Part shown: positions 28,268 to 36,775 of the stretch, in pieces
How positions within the stretch are numbered: the stretch's first letter is position 1
How the letters are laid out: every line of letters starts with the position of its first letter
NCBI GenBank assembly: GCA_947176415.1
Contig: CAMWQJ010000003.1
Span: 4,131-68,130, forward strand
DNA from: an uncultured Ruminococcus sp.
GTDB taxonomy: Bacteria > Bacillota > Clostridia > Oscillospirales > Ruminococcaceae
Direction of reading: 5' to 3'
Length of the DNA: 64,000 nucleotides
Position numbers and translations under genes: made by a program
Notes under the pieces: generated by a model
The model's database searches: none
Seen by the model: the letters and a program-made list of their open reading frames with translations, nothing else
What the model was told of the DNA's origin: nothing

Positions 28268-28801
28268 ATGGACAGGAAAAAAATTTTAGTTTACATAGTT
28301 GCACTGATTATTGTTGTGGCAGGGGTTATATTTTTCCCTGACGATGACGAAGCAACGGAAAATAACTTTTCGGCTGATACATCTGTTTCGGATATTTCCG
28401 AAGACCTGACAGAATCCGAAACGGAATCAGAAGAAACAACGGATTTTCCTGAAATATCGGAGATTATCGAAACGGTAACCGAAGAAGAGACGGAAATATT
28501 TCATGACGAGGAAAATTATGTTGAATATCATTTCAGAAGTGCAAAACTTTTAAATGAACACTTTGAAAAGCACGGCGGAGAATTTGTCGCTGACTTTGGC
28601 TATCAAACGGCAGAAGAGTATGAAAAAGGTGCTTGCGACGTTATAAATAATCCTGATGCACTTTTTAAATACGAGGCGGAGGACGTCGACGGAGTTTATT
28701 ATATAGAGAATACAAATGAATTTGTTGTGCTTTCCACCGACGGCTATATCAGGACGTATTTCAGACCGACGGGAAAAATTGACTATTTCAACAGGCAATA
28801 G
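28268..28801 (+). CDS. Membrane-anchored protein with acidic linker and toxin-like C-terminal domain
   Basis: N-terminal TM, E/D/T/S-rich stalk, then HFEKHGGEF...EEY...A...YIENTNEFVVL..DG.IRTYFRP...YF..Q. Confidence 0.7.
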   Translation: MDRKKILVYIVALIIVVAGVIFFPDDDEATENNFSADTSVSDISEDLTESETESEETTDFPEISEIIETVTEEETEIFHDEENYVEYHFRSAKLLNEHFEKHGGEFVADFGYQTAEEYEKGACDVINNPDALFKYEAEDVDGVYYIENTNEFVVLSTDGYIRTYFRPTGKIDYFNRQ

Positions 28802-28963
28802 GCAAAAATAATCCGTCAAAATCAACAGTCGGAAAAAGTATTTTTTGTTGGTTTTTACCTATTTTTATAAAAAAATATAGACAAATAAATCAGAATAAGG
28901 TATAATGAATATTATATAAATCGGTCTCCGTATACCGTAAATGCGGAAAAACGGAGCTAATAT

Positions 28964-29518
28964 ATGAGAGTTATAACAGGTATTGCAAGGGGCAGAAGAC
29001 TTTCCGCTCCTGAGGGTCTCGATGTAAGACCCACAACAGATAAAGTAAAAGAGGGCATTTTCTCGGCTGTGCAGTTTGAGACAGAGGGTACATATGTCCT
29101 CGACCTTTTCGCAGGAAGCGGACAGATGGGCATTGAAGCACTCAGCAGAGGGGCAGAACGTGCCGTATTTGTGGACAGTTCTCACAGGGCTGTGCGTTGC
29201 ATAAACGAAAATTTACGTAACACGGGATTTGAAAGAAAATCCGAAGTAGTCAGCCGTGACAGCTATGATTATATAAAGCTGACAAGAAATAAGTTTGATA
29301 TTATTATCCTTGACCCACCTTATCGCCGTAATCATATTGACAATATACTGCCGTTTGCAGTGGAAAAGCTGAATGACGGCGGTCTTGTGATATGCGAATA
29401 TGAATCGGAGGCAGGAGAGCTGAATTATCCCGAGTGCCTCAGACTGCGTAAGACATATCATTATGGAAAAATAAATGTATCTATCTTCTGTAAAGACGTT
29501 TCGGAGGTGGAAGAGTAA
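28964..29518 (+). CDS. rsmD: 16S rRNA m2G966 methyltransferase
   Basis: MRVITGIARGRRL, RPTTDKVKE, LDLFAGSGQMGIEALSRGA, DPPY. Confidence 0.95.
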   Translation: MRVITGIARGRRLSAPEGLDVRPTTDKVKEGIFSAVQFETEGTYVLDLFAGSGQMGIEALSRGAERAVFVDSSHRAVRCINENLRNTGFERKSEVVSRDSYDYIKLTRNKFDIIILDPPYRRNHIDNILPFAVEKLNDGGLVICEYESEAGELNYPECLRLRKTYHYGKINVSIFCKDVSEVEE

Positions 29519-30021
29519 TGAGAAGAATAGCGGTCTGTCCAGGTAGTTTCGACCCTGTAACACTCGGTCATCTTGATATAATAACAAGGGCTTCAAAACT
29601 TTTCGATAAGGTTATTGTGCTTATTTCGTGCAATGCGGGGAAGTCCAAGCCAAGTTTCACGGCAACTGAAAGAATGCTGATGATTGAGTCCGTCACGCAT
29701 AATATTGACAATGTGGTTATCGATATTCTCGACGGTCTCCTTGCCGACTATGTGCGGAGCGTCGGTGCGGTTGCAATTGTAAAAGGTCTCCGTGCCGTAA
29801 GCGACTTTGAATACGAGTTCCAGATGGCTCTTGCAAACAAAAAACTTTATGCGGACGCTGAAACTGTGTTCCTTACAACTTCCGCTGAAAATATGTATCT
29901 CAGTTCAAGCGTTGTAAAGCAGATTGCCTGCTTCGGCGGTGATATAAGCCACTTTGTCCCCGAAACCATTCTTGACGACATACAGCAGAGACTTATTAAA
30001 AGAAAGGTGGATATTCTATGA
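29518..30021 (+). CDS. coaD: Phosphopantetheine adenylyltransferase
   Basis: PGSFDPVTLGHLDII, KGLRAVSDFEYE, SSSVVK. Confidence 0.97.
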   Translation: MRRIAVCPGSFDPVTLGHLDIITRASKLFDKVIVLISCNAGKSKPSFTATERMLMIESVTHNIDNVVIDILDGLLADYVRSVGAVAIVKGLRAVSDFEYEFQMALANKKLYADAETVFLTTSAENMYLSSSVVKQIACFGGDISHFVPETILDDIQQRLIKRKVDIL

Positions 30022-30515
30022 ATATTGAAGAAATTCTTGACGAAATAGACGAACTGCTCGACAATGCCCCGTCTGTGCCTTTCGTACAGCACAAGAAAGT
30101 CATAGACGGCGAGCGTATCCGTGAACTTATAAACGACGTACGACTGAATCTTCCTCAGGAACTCAAAGAGGCAAAGAAAATTGAAGGCGAAAGTCAGCGT
30201 ATATTAAACTCGGCAAAGTCAAGTGCGGAAGATATTATAAGGCGTGCGGAAGACAGGGCAGAGCAGATTGTATCAAAAGAAGCAATCGTCCTTGAAGCAA
30301 GAAAAAAAGCGGTTGACATACTTTCAAAATCGCAGACGGCATCAAAGAATATCCAGCAGAACGCCGCAATGTCGATAGCAAAAATGCTTAACGATACAGA
30401 AGAATATTATACAAGAAATCTACAGAATATAAAGACAGTAAAATCAAAGATAAGCGGTACTTTGAAAGCGTCCACAAAATACCGCAGTGATATGGATAAT
30501 AATGATGATAATTAA
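30018..30515 (+). CDS. Conserved coiled-coil hypothetical protein following coaD
   Basis: Overlaps the coaD stop; ELINDVRLNLPQELKEAKKI helical pattern typical of the gene after coaD in Clostridia. Confidence 0.7.
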   Translation: MNIEEILDEIDELLDNAPSVPFVQHKKVIDGERIRELINDVRLNLPQELKEAKKIEGESQRILNSAKSSAEDIIRRAEDRAEQIVSKEAIVLEARKKAVDILSKSQTASKNIQQNAAMSIAKMLNDTEEYYTRNLQNIKTVKSKISGTLKASTKYRSDMDNNDDN

Positions 30516-30521
30516 AAATAC

Positions 30522-30553
30522 AAACGGTACTCCGCAGAGAGTACCGTTTTTTT
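30522..30553. terminator. Bidirectional terminator
   Basis: aaacggtactc / gagtaccgttttttt. Confidence 0.85.
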
Positions 30554-30554
30554 G

Positions 30555-30953
30555 TTATAATTTTCTGTATTCTAAATTAAAGACTTTTTGTCCGTTGCAG
30601 TAGGCAGTTGTTATATACTGACCGTTATAATATATTTCATGAACAGGTTTTTCACCGTAAAAAAGCGACGATTCGCATTTGATTCCGACACCCGTTATTT
30701 CGGGAATAAAAGGATAGCCGTTGTTGAAGTCCTCGCCCTTGCATATGAAACTTCCGTGCGGATATGGAACGTTCATATGCTTATCGGGAAATTTTCCCAT
30801 GCACATCATTGACGGATAGCCGTTGTTTCTGTTTTCGTCGCATACGAGAAAATTTATTCCGTACGGTTTTTTAAAAGAAATATCGGGAAATTCCGCAAGT
30901 TCCGCTATTCTCGGATAACCGCCGTTTTTTCCGTCCTCTATGCAGAAACTCAT
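30555..30953 (-). CDS. Phage-tail-like small hypothetical protein with NxGYP repeats
   Basis: ATG 30953 with GGAGG SD right after the upstream stop; three N(G/N)GYP repeats; C-terminal YGEKPVHEIYYNG..ITTAYCNGQKVF. Confidence 0.6.
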   Translation of the reverse strand: MSFCIEDGKNGGYPRIAELAEFPDISFKKPYGINFLVCDENRNNGYPSMMCMGKFPDKHMNVPYPHGSFICKGEDFNNGYPFIPEITGVGIKCESSLFYGEKPVHEIYYNGQYITTAYCNGQKVFNLEYRKL

Positions 30954-30957
30954 AAAA

Positions 30958-31926
30958 TCAGCCCTCCATGCAGTCAAAATTGACGGACTGCAAATACTCC
31001 GCACTCTTGCATTGCTCGGTTGTGAGTGCAAGCATATTTTTTGCATTCATTGAGGTGCTGGAATTGTTTGTTTCTATCCTTGCATTGGCAATATATTTTT
31101 TCAGTTCCTCCGAATCATAGAAACAAGGCGTGGCGAGAGTTCCTCTCCAGTAAGTAACCGCAATACCTGAAACAGGCACAAAAACCATATAGAAACGACT
31201 GAAAATGCAGTCCGATGACGAAACGCTGTAATTGCTTGACGCTGAATTGTTCCGCCTTTCGAGAGTTCCGAAAAAATAGGAATCGGCAAAATCAACTCCC
31301 GAAAAAAGTGCGTTGTAAGCGTCGTCGGTCAGTGCAAAATCATACGTTGACATATCGGCTTTTATCTGAGTATGGGAAATACTGTCTCCTGAAAAAAACG
31401 GGTGTGTCTTTGAAAAATCGACGTTGACAGCAAAAGTGCAGTAGTCAGCAGTAACTGATATATTCGTATCATGAATAATGCAGTTCCTCATGCCCTCAGT
31501 GTTTTTCGCCTCCGTAAGATAGCATATCTCATTGAGATTAAAAGTGCAGTATTCAAAATTTATAACATACTTCTTTTTGTCCCACGAAGCAAAAAGATAA
31601 ACATCGTTGCCGATAAGACGGATATTTTCAAGCATGAGTCCGTGAACATTCACAACGCTTTCTTCCTCATCGTTTTTTATCCAGAACATAAGTGCGTGTC
31701 CGCCGACGACGTTAAGATTCACATTGCGTATTATGTGATTGTTTCCGTCGAAATCAAGGCATTTAAGAACTATCGGCATAAACATATCCGCATACTTTGA
31801 AGTATTCATATCAATGTCCGCACCGAGTCTGAAATAACTTTCGTCCGTGCCAATATCCCCGATAGAATAAAGGTCGTCCGCCGTCATGATGATATACGGA
31901 CTTTCCTGTGTTCCTGCTCCATTCAT
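30958..31926 (-). CDS. Hypothetical protein with GLUG/ZmpA-type N-terminal motif
   Basis: MNGAGTQESPYIIMTADDLYSI...YFRLGADID...FDGNNHIIRN; beta-repeat character. Confidence 0.65.
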   Translation of the reverse strand: MNGAGTQESPYIIMTADDLYSIGDIGTDESYFRLGADIDMNTSKYADMFMPIVLKCLDFDGNNHIIRNVNLNVVGGHALMFWIKNDEEESVVNVHGLMLENIRLIGNDVYLFASWDKKKYVINFEYCTFNLNEICYLTEAKNTEGMRNCIIHDTNISVTADYCTFAVNVDFSKTHPFFSGDSISHTQIKADMSTYDFALTDDAYNALFSGVDFADSYFFGTLERRNNSASSNYSVSSSDCIFSRFYMVFVPVSGIAVTYWRGTLATPCFYDSEELKKYIANARIETNNSSTSMNAKNMLALTTEQCKSAEYLQSVNFDCMEG

Positions 31927-31932
31927 AAAAAA

Positions 31933-32556
31933 TCATTCCTCCCTTATAATCACGTAAAGCGAGCCGTTTTTGTGTTCTGTGCTATCATACTCTTCTTTTG
32001 TCAGTGCTATAACTTCAGGACGTGCAAGATATATTGCCGTATCATTCTCCATTTTGTCAAGTCTTGCATTCGTTTCATCAAGGCTGAAATCGTCCATTTT
32101 CTCCTGTAGCGAAATAAGTCCCTGTTCGGTTGCTTCGACAATGCTTCCTAAAAGCTGTTCAGCCGTATCAGGAACAAAGCCGTTTTTTCCGTTCGTCGTC
32201 GGTCTGACGTAAACAGGTGGCATAATGTATTTCAGTATATTTTTTGTCTCTCCGTCAACGACGTTGTAGGCACGAAGTTCAAGATTAAGTTTTCCGCTGT
32301 TTGCCGTGAAGTCCTCAGAGACTTTCCATGTCAGAGTTATCTTGTCACTGCCTGTGCGTTTCGTTGACATGGACTGGTTTACCTCCCAGCCGTCCGCCGT
32401 AAGTCCAGCCATAAGAAATTTGTAGTCTGCCAAATCAATATCCCCGTAGAATCTTCCGACAACGATATTTATACTGTCAGCCATTTTCTCTCCTTGTGTG
32501 AAGAGATTAGCAAACTGATATGTGGGAATGTTCTTCCCGTCCGCAATCACCTGCAA
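31933..32556 (-). CDS. BppU-like phage baseplate upper protein with tail-fibre-type C-terminal motif
   Basis: TQGEKMADSI...RFYGDIDL, ITLTWKV....T..SGKL.LELRA; C-terminal IALTKEEYDSTEHKNGSLYVI; TTG 32556 has a well spaced AAGGAAG SD. Confidence 0.6.
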   Translation of the reverse strand: MQVIADGKNIPTYQFANLFTQGEKMADSINIVVGRFYGDIDLADYKFLMAGLTADGWEVNQSMSTKRTGSDKITLTWKVSEDFTANSGKLNLELRAYNVVDGETKNILKYIMPPVYVRPTTNGKNGFVPDTAEQLLGSIVEATEQGLISLQEKMDDFSLDETNARLDKMENDTAIYLARPEVIALTKEEYDSTEHKNGSLYVIIREE

Positions 32557-32616
32557 AATATGCACTTCCTTTACAAAAATTTTCCGGAGACTCCGCAGTG
32601 TCTCTTATAAGGGGGC

Positions 32617-32658
32617 AAAAAAATAGCCCTGTTCAACGATAAACCATTGAATAGGGCT
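32617..32658 (-). terminator. Intrinsic terminator upstream of the BppU-like operon
   Basis: Minus strand agccctattcaat / gttgaacagggct followed by a U7 run. Confidence 0.75.
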
Positions 32659-32777
32659 GAAAATTAACAAAAAGTTCAAAAAAGATAAAAGGAAAATTTT
32701 ATGAAAAAAAGAGTTGGAACAAGCAAATCAAAAAACAAATATATATTTTCTTTAACTGACTTTTTATTACATATATA

Positions 32778-32805
32778 TTATATCAAAAAATTCCGCATTT
32801 GTCAA
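32778..32805 (-). promoter_or_regulatory. Consensus sigma-A promoter
   Basis: Minus strand TTGACA-17 nt-TATAAT. Confidence 0.8.
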
Positions 32806-32829
32806 TAGAAAATAGTAATTTTTTTCAAA

Positions 32830-33924
32830 TTATCTTTTAAAGTCAGGATTCTCGGTCTTTGTGATATTCTGTCTGCGTTCTTCGCCGTCGTCTTTTTCGT
32901 TCTCAAAAGCCCTTGCGGACTCAGGCTCGTATTTAAGAATGAGATTTTTTATCTGCTCGTCCTGTGTCATGCAATATGTGATTTTAAGTGCTTTAAGTGC
33001 ATTCGGAATATCATTATCCGCAAGATAGTGTGCAGAAAGTTCAGAGGCAACATGAATTACTTCCCTGTTGAATCCCATTGTAATTTCATACTTGTCAAAA
33101 ACCCCTTTAAGCTGATTATAGTTATAAGTTTTCAGCGGAGTGCCTTTAAGATGTGCAAGATTACGCATTTCGTGCGGAATTGCGGGGTGCGGATACATCA
33201 TAACGCTTGCTGTGTAAAATGCGGCTGCGTCGTCATATTCGTATATGTCCGTAAGTGCATAGCCGATATTTGCATAACACCTTGCAAGTGCAACGGGCGA
33301 GGAAGCAACTTTTATAGTTTCTCTTGTGATTTCAAGCAGACGCTTTTTGTTCTGGAGAAGTTTATAAACCTCGGCAAGCTCGAATTTCGGACCGCAGTCA
33401 ACAGGGTTAAACTCAATCGCCTGTTTGAGAACTGGTATTGCATCAAACGGCGAGCCTGTCTCGGTTATGATGTAGGCATAAGTTGTCAGATAGGTTGCAA
33501 AATCAAAAGGCGTGCGTGTGAGTGTCTTGGACTGCTTGAAAAGAATCTGACAGAGATTGTCTTCAAAGGGATTTCTCATTGAAACAAATTTAGTCTTTTC
33601 GGTCTCCTTGAACTCAACCATAATTTTCTTGTAAAGCCTTTCTGCTATAGGCTTTGCCTCGATTGCACTGTGTTTGTCTATCATTTCAACTATCTGTCCG
33701 TGCATTATGTCAAGCCTCACACCGTCAACGTGCGTTATACGCTTTATTTCCTCTTTTTCAGATTCAGGCATATTTTCGAGGAGAAGTTCCGAAACAGCCC
33801 TTACACCCTCCATATTTTTTTCCCTTGAGAATTTTTCCGCCTCTGCCCTCAGCATTGTGTCATTGTCTTTTACCGAGTCGCCGAGCTTTGAACGGAGTTC
33901 CTTTATTATTTCGTCATGTGACAT
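32830..33924 (-). CDS. TPR-repeat hypothetical protein
   Basis: AIPVLKQAIEFNP, FELAEVY, ALARCYANIGYAL...AAAFYTAS TPR-like helices. Confidence 0.7.
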   Translation of the reverse strand: MSHDEIIKELRSKLGDSVKDNDTMLRAEAEKFSREKNMEGVRAVSELLLENMPESEKEEIKRITHVDGVRLDIMHGQIVEMIDKHSAIEAKPIAERLYKKIMVEFKETEKTKFVSMRNPFEDNLCQILFKQSKTLTRTPFDFATYLTTYAYIITETGSPFDAIPVLKQAIEFNPVDCGPKFELAEVYKLLQNKKRLLEITRETIKVASSPVALARCYANIGYALTDIYEYDDAAAFYTASVMMYPHPAIPHEMRNLAHLKGTPLKTYNYNQLKGVFDKYEITMGFNREVIHVASELSAHYLADNDIPNALKALKITYCMTQDEQIKNLILKYEPESARAFENEKDDGEERRQNITKTENPDFKR

Positions 33925-33970
33925 AATTATTTCCTCATTTCGTGGTTATAATGTTTTTAAAAAGACTTTA

Positions 33971-36373
33971 TCAGAAACCTTTTTTTGCAAGGTCTTTTCT
34001 GAATTTTGCGTCAATTTTTTCCTGTTTCTTCTTTTCCTTGAGTTCTGCCTTTGAAAGCGGTCTTGCGGGTTCGGCTGACTTTTTCTGCTGTACTGATGAA
34101 GAGGGTCTTACGGGTGCTGACGGAGTTTTATATTCCTCATATACAGGAACGTTCTTTTTCATTGCCTCCTGTCTCTGACGTTTTTCCTTTTCGGAATTAT
34201 CGCCCATTGAGGATAATATATCCTCTATTGAATTGAGAACAGGCATTCTCGACTGCATTCCCTGTGTTTCGGTAAGGCTCTTATTTGCATATTCCTTGGA
34301 CTCGGCAATTGCATTTATAAATGCCTGAGAAGTGGAACGGCTGTGTTCGTGTACGGAAATTTTTGAAATATTTGAAGCGTTCGCCGGCATACCGCCGTTT
34401 GCCGCTGCTGCCGCTGCAATTTTCTGTCCGGGGGTAAGGGGTTCGTTTTCAGGTCTCGGCGGTACAGGCGGTTTCTTAGGCACACGTGAAACCCTCTGCT
34501 GTGGCTGAGTTGACGGCTGTGTCGGCTGTGTTTGCTGTGGCATCATGTACTGCTGTTGCATTGCTGGCTGTGTAAATGGTATATAAATTGGCTGACCGTG
34601 TTCGTTATATCCCGTAACCTGCATCTGCACATACATATATATAGGCTGTCCGCTCGGGTCTAAACCGCTGTATTGCGGAACGCTTACAACCTGTCCAATC
34701 TGCATCATTGGCTGTTGCATCATAGGTTGTTGCATCATAGGTTGTTGCATTGTCGGCTGTTGCGGTATATACGGCTGTTGCTGAGGTGCAGAAGATACAG
34801 GCTGTTGCATTATCGGCTCTTCTTCGTACACTTCTTCCGTTTCTTCAGAAGTCTCTTCTTCTGAAATTTCCTCTTCTTCCGATTCTTCTTCAACGTATTC
34901 GTCATACTCTTCCGGTTCTTCATATTCTTCTTCGTCTGTTGCTTCTTCGTTTATTGATTCTTCTTCGTCGAATGACTCTTCCGTTGCGGTTTCCTCTTCG
35001 GAAATTTCGTTTTCAAGTTCTTCCTGAAGTCGCATTATATCGTCGAGCGACGGCAAACCTATACTGTTAATTTCTGGGGACTCTTCGGCTTTTTCTTCAA
35101 TAGCGGGTGTTGACAGCGGAATCTGTATATCGTCAAGTAAAGGTGCTGTTATTTCAGGAAGTTCCGCCCTTGATGACTTCTGAACAGGTGCTATCTCGTC
35201 AAGCACGGGCAGACCTATATCGTCAAGTATCGGTGTGGAAACTTCGGGTTTTTCGTACTTCGGGGGCTGATTTGAAAATGTTATGTCGTCAAGCGTGGGC
35301 AGACCTATATCATCAGGCACTACGGACTTGATTTCGGATAACTCCGCAGGCTCGCCGATTCCCGTATATGCCGTGTTGAGTTCTGCCATTTCTTCGGAAA
35401 TTTCCTCTTCTGCTTGTACTGTATCGCCAGCCCCGAAAAGCTGATTTGCCACAGAATCCCAGTCGGAATTTTCCGAAATCTCGCTTATATCAGGCTCGTC
35501 GTCAACATCTATCGGCTCAGGTCTGTAAACAGGTTCTTCTTCGACTGTTGTGCTGTATTTATACGCACTTTCCGTCTCGACGGGCGGAGACTGTACGGAA
35601 GATGCTTTCATTATGTCGCCGAAAGCAAACATCTTCATCAAATCGTCGTCGTCGATTATTCCTACAGGGTTTTCAGCTTCATTTTTATCAGGATTTTCAA
35701 CAGGTTCTTCATATGCCGACAGCGGTGGATTTATTGCAGTAAAGTCTATTGATTCTTCCGTTTTTTCTTCAATTTCCTTTGTGCTTGCTTTCGGTTCTTC
35801 ACTCTGTTTTGTCGGGTCTATGGCAAACTGTGCTAAGAAATCGTCATTTACACTGCTTTCAACAGGCTTTGGCTTTTCAGGCTCGGAAGGCTTTTTCTCC
35901 TGTTCAGGCTGATTCGGATTTATTGCAAACTGTGCCAGACTGCTGTCGATAGCAACATTAGTCCCCGGTATAGTCTGCTTCGGTGGCTCGGGACGTTTTT
36001 TCGGATTAGGATTTCTCACAAAAGGCACTACAGGCTCTGGTTCATTTTTTTCAGGCGTATCAACTTTTGTTATCTTCGCAACAGTTCCGCCGAGTGGTAC
36101 AATTCCCTCGTCTGCCATTCCAAGCTTTTCACGCTGTTTTTCTTCTTTCAGCAGACGTGCCATTTCTCTTTTATCCGCCTTAATCATCTTTCTTGCAAAG
36201 GCATTCTTACATCTTTCACAGGTTATTTCCTTTAAGTCAGCAGTATGTTTTCCCCTGCGGTATTTTGTTACATTATCACCTTTCTGAAGATTTATTCCAC
36301 AACCTGTCTTTTTTTCGTTTTCAGTTCCGTGAATTTCTTCATTCATTATAGAAGTCACAAGTATAATTTCCAT
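33971..36373 (-). CDS. Large low-complexity (Glu/Pro/Gln-rich) hypothetical protein
   Basis: 800-codon ORF, AAGGAGG SD before ATG 36373; Cys-containing N-terminus, P-x-LDDI repeats, acidic tract, QQPMM repeats. Confidence 0.75.
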   Translation of the reverse strand: MEIILVTSIMNEEIHGTENEKKTGCGINLQKGDNVTKYRRGKHTADLKEITCERCKNAFARKMIKADKREMARLLKEEKQREKLGMADEGIVPLGGTVAKITKVDTPEKNEPEPVVPFVRNPNPKKRPEPPKQTIPGTNVAIDSSLAQFAINPNQPEQEKKPSEPEKPKPVESSVNDDFLAQFAIDPTKQSEEPKASTKEIEEKTEESIDFTAINPPLSAYEEPVENPDKNEAENPVGIIDDDDLMKMFAFGDIMKASSVQSPPVETESAYKYSTTVEEEPVYRPEPIDVDDEPDISEISENSDWDSVANQLFGAGDTVQAEEEISEEMAELNTAYTGIGEPAELSEIKSVVPDDIGLPTLDDITFSNQPPKYEKPEVSTPILDDIGLPVLDEIAPVQKSSRAELPEITAPLLDDIQIPLSTPAIEEKAEESPEINSIGLPSLDDIMRLQEELENEISEEETATEESFDEEESINEEATDEEEYEEPEEYDEYVEEESEEEEISEEETSEETEEVYEEEPIMQQPVSSAPQQQPYIPQQPTMQQPMMQQPMMQQPMMQIGQVVSVPQYSGLDPSGQPIYMYVQMQVTGYNEHGQPIYIPFTQPAMQQQYMMPQQTQPTQPSTQPQQRVSRVPKKPPVPPRPENEPLTPGQKIAAAAAANGGMPANASNISKISVHEHSRSTSQAFINAIAESKEYANKSLTETQGMQSRMPVLNSIEDILSSMGDNSEKEKRQRQEAMKKNVPVYEEYKTPSAPVRPSSSVQQKKSAEPARPLSKAELKEKKKQEKIDAKFRKDLAKKGF

Positions 36374-36775
36374 AGGCACTCCTCCTTATTGTATTTATAT
36401 ACAGTTTCACTTTACGGCAGTGAAAGCCGATTTTCCCTGACGTATGACTGTCACTTTCTTCAACAGTCAACACAAATCATAATACATATACATTATACAA
36501 TAGAAGTCAGAAAAAATCAACACTTTCTGAAAAATTCGCACTATTAATTATACGAATTTTAAAATTTTCGGCAGAATCAACAAAATGTTATTGATTTTTT
36601 TGTCAGAAAATACCGTAAGAGTTTAAAAATATTCCCGATAATGACGGCGGTATATAATAAAAAAATTTATATAAAATCAAAAAATTATAAAATATCTTAT
36701 TTTACTCTTGCATTATCGGCTGATTTGTTGTATTATTATATGTGTATTACTAAAATGTCAGGGGGAGTTATTTAA

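Noticed and set aside
32701-32808. 35-codon plus-strand ORF MKKRVGTSKSKNKYIF...
   Set aside because: Low-complexity A-rich sequence antisense to a consensus promoter and leader, with a weak SD; more likely spurious.
34051-36547. Cluster of plus-strand ORFs opposite the low-complexity gene
   Set aside because: Antisense shadows caused by repetitive codon usage; no SDs or recognisable motifs.
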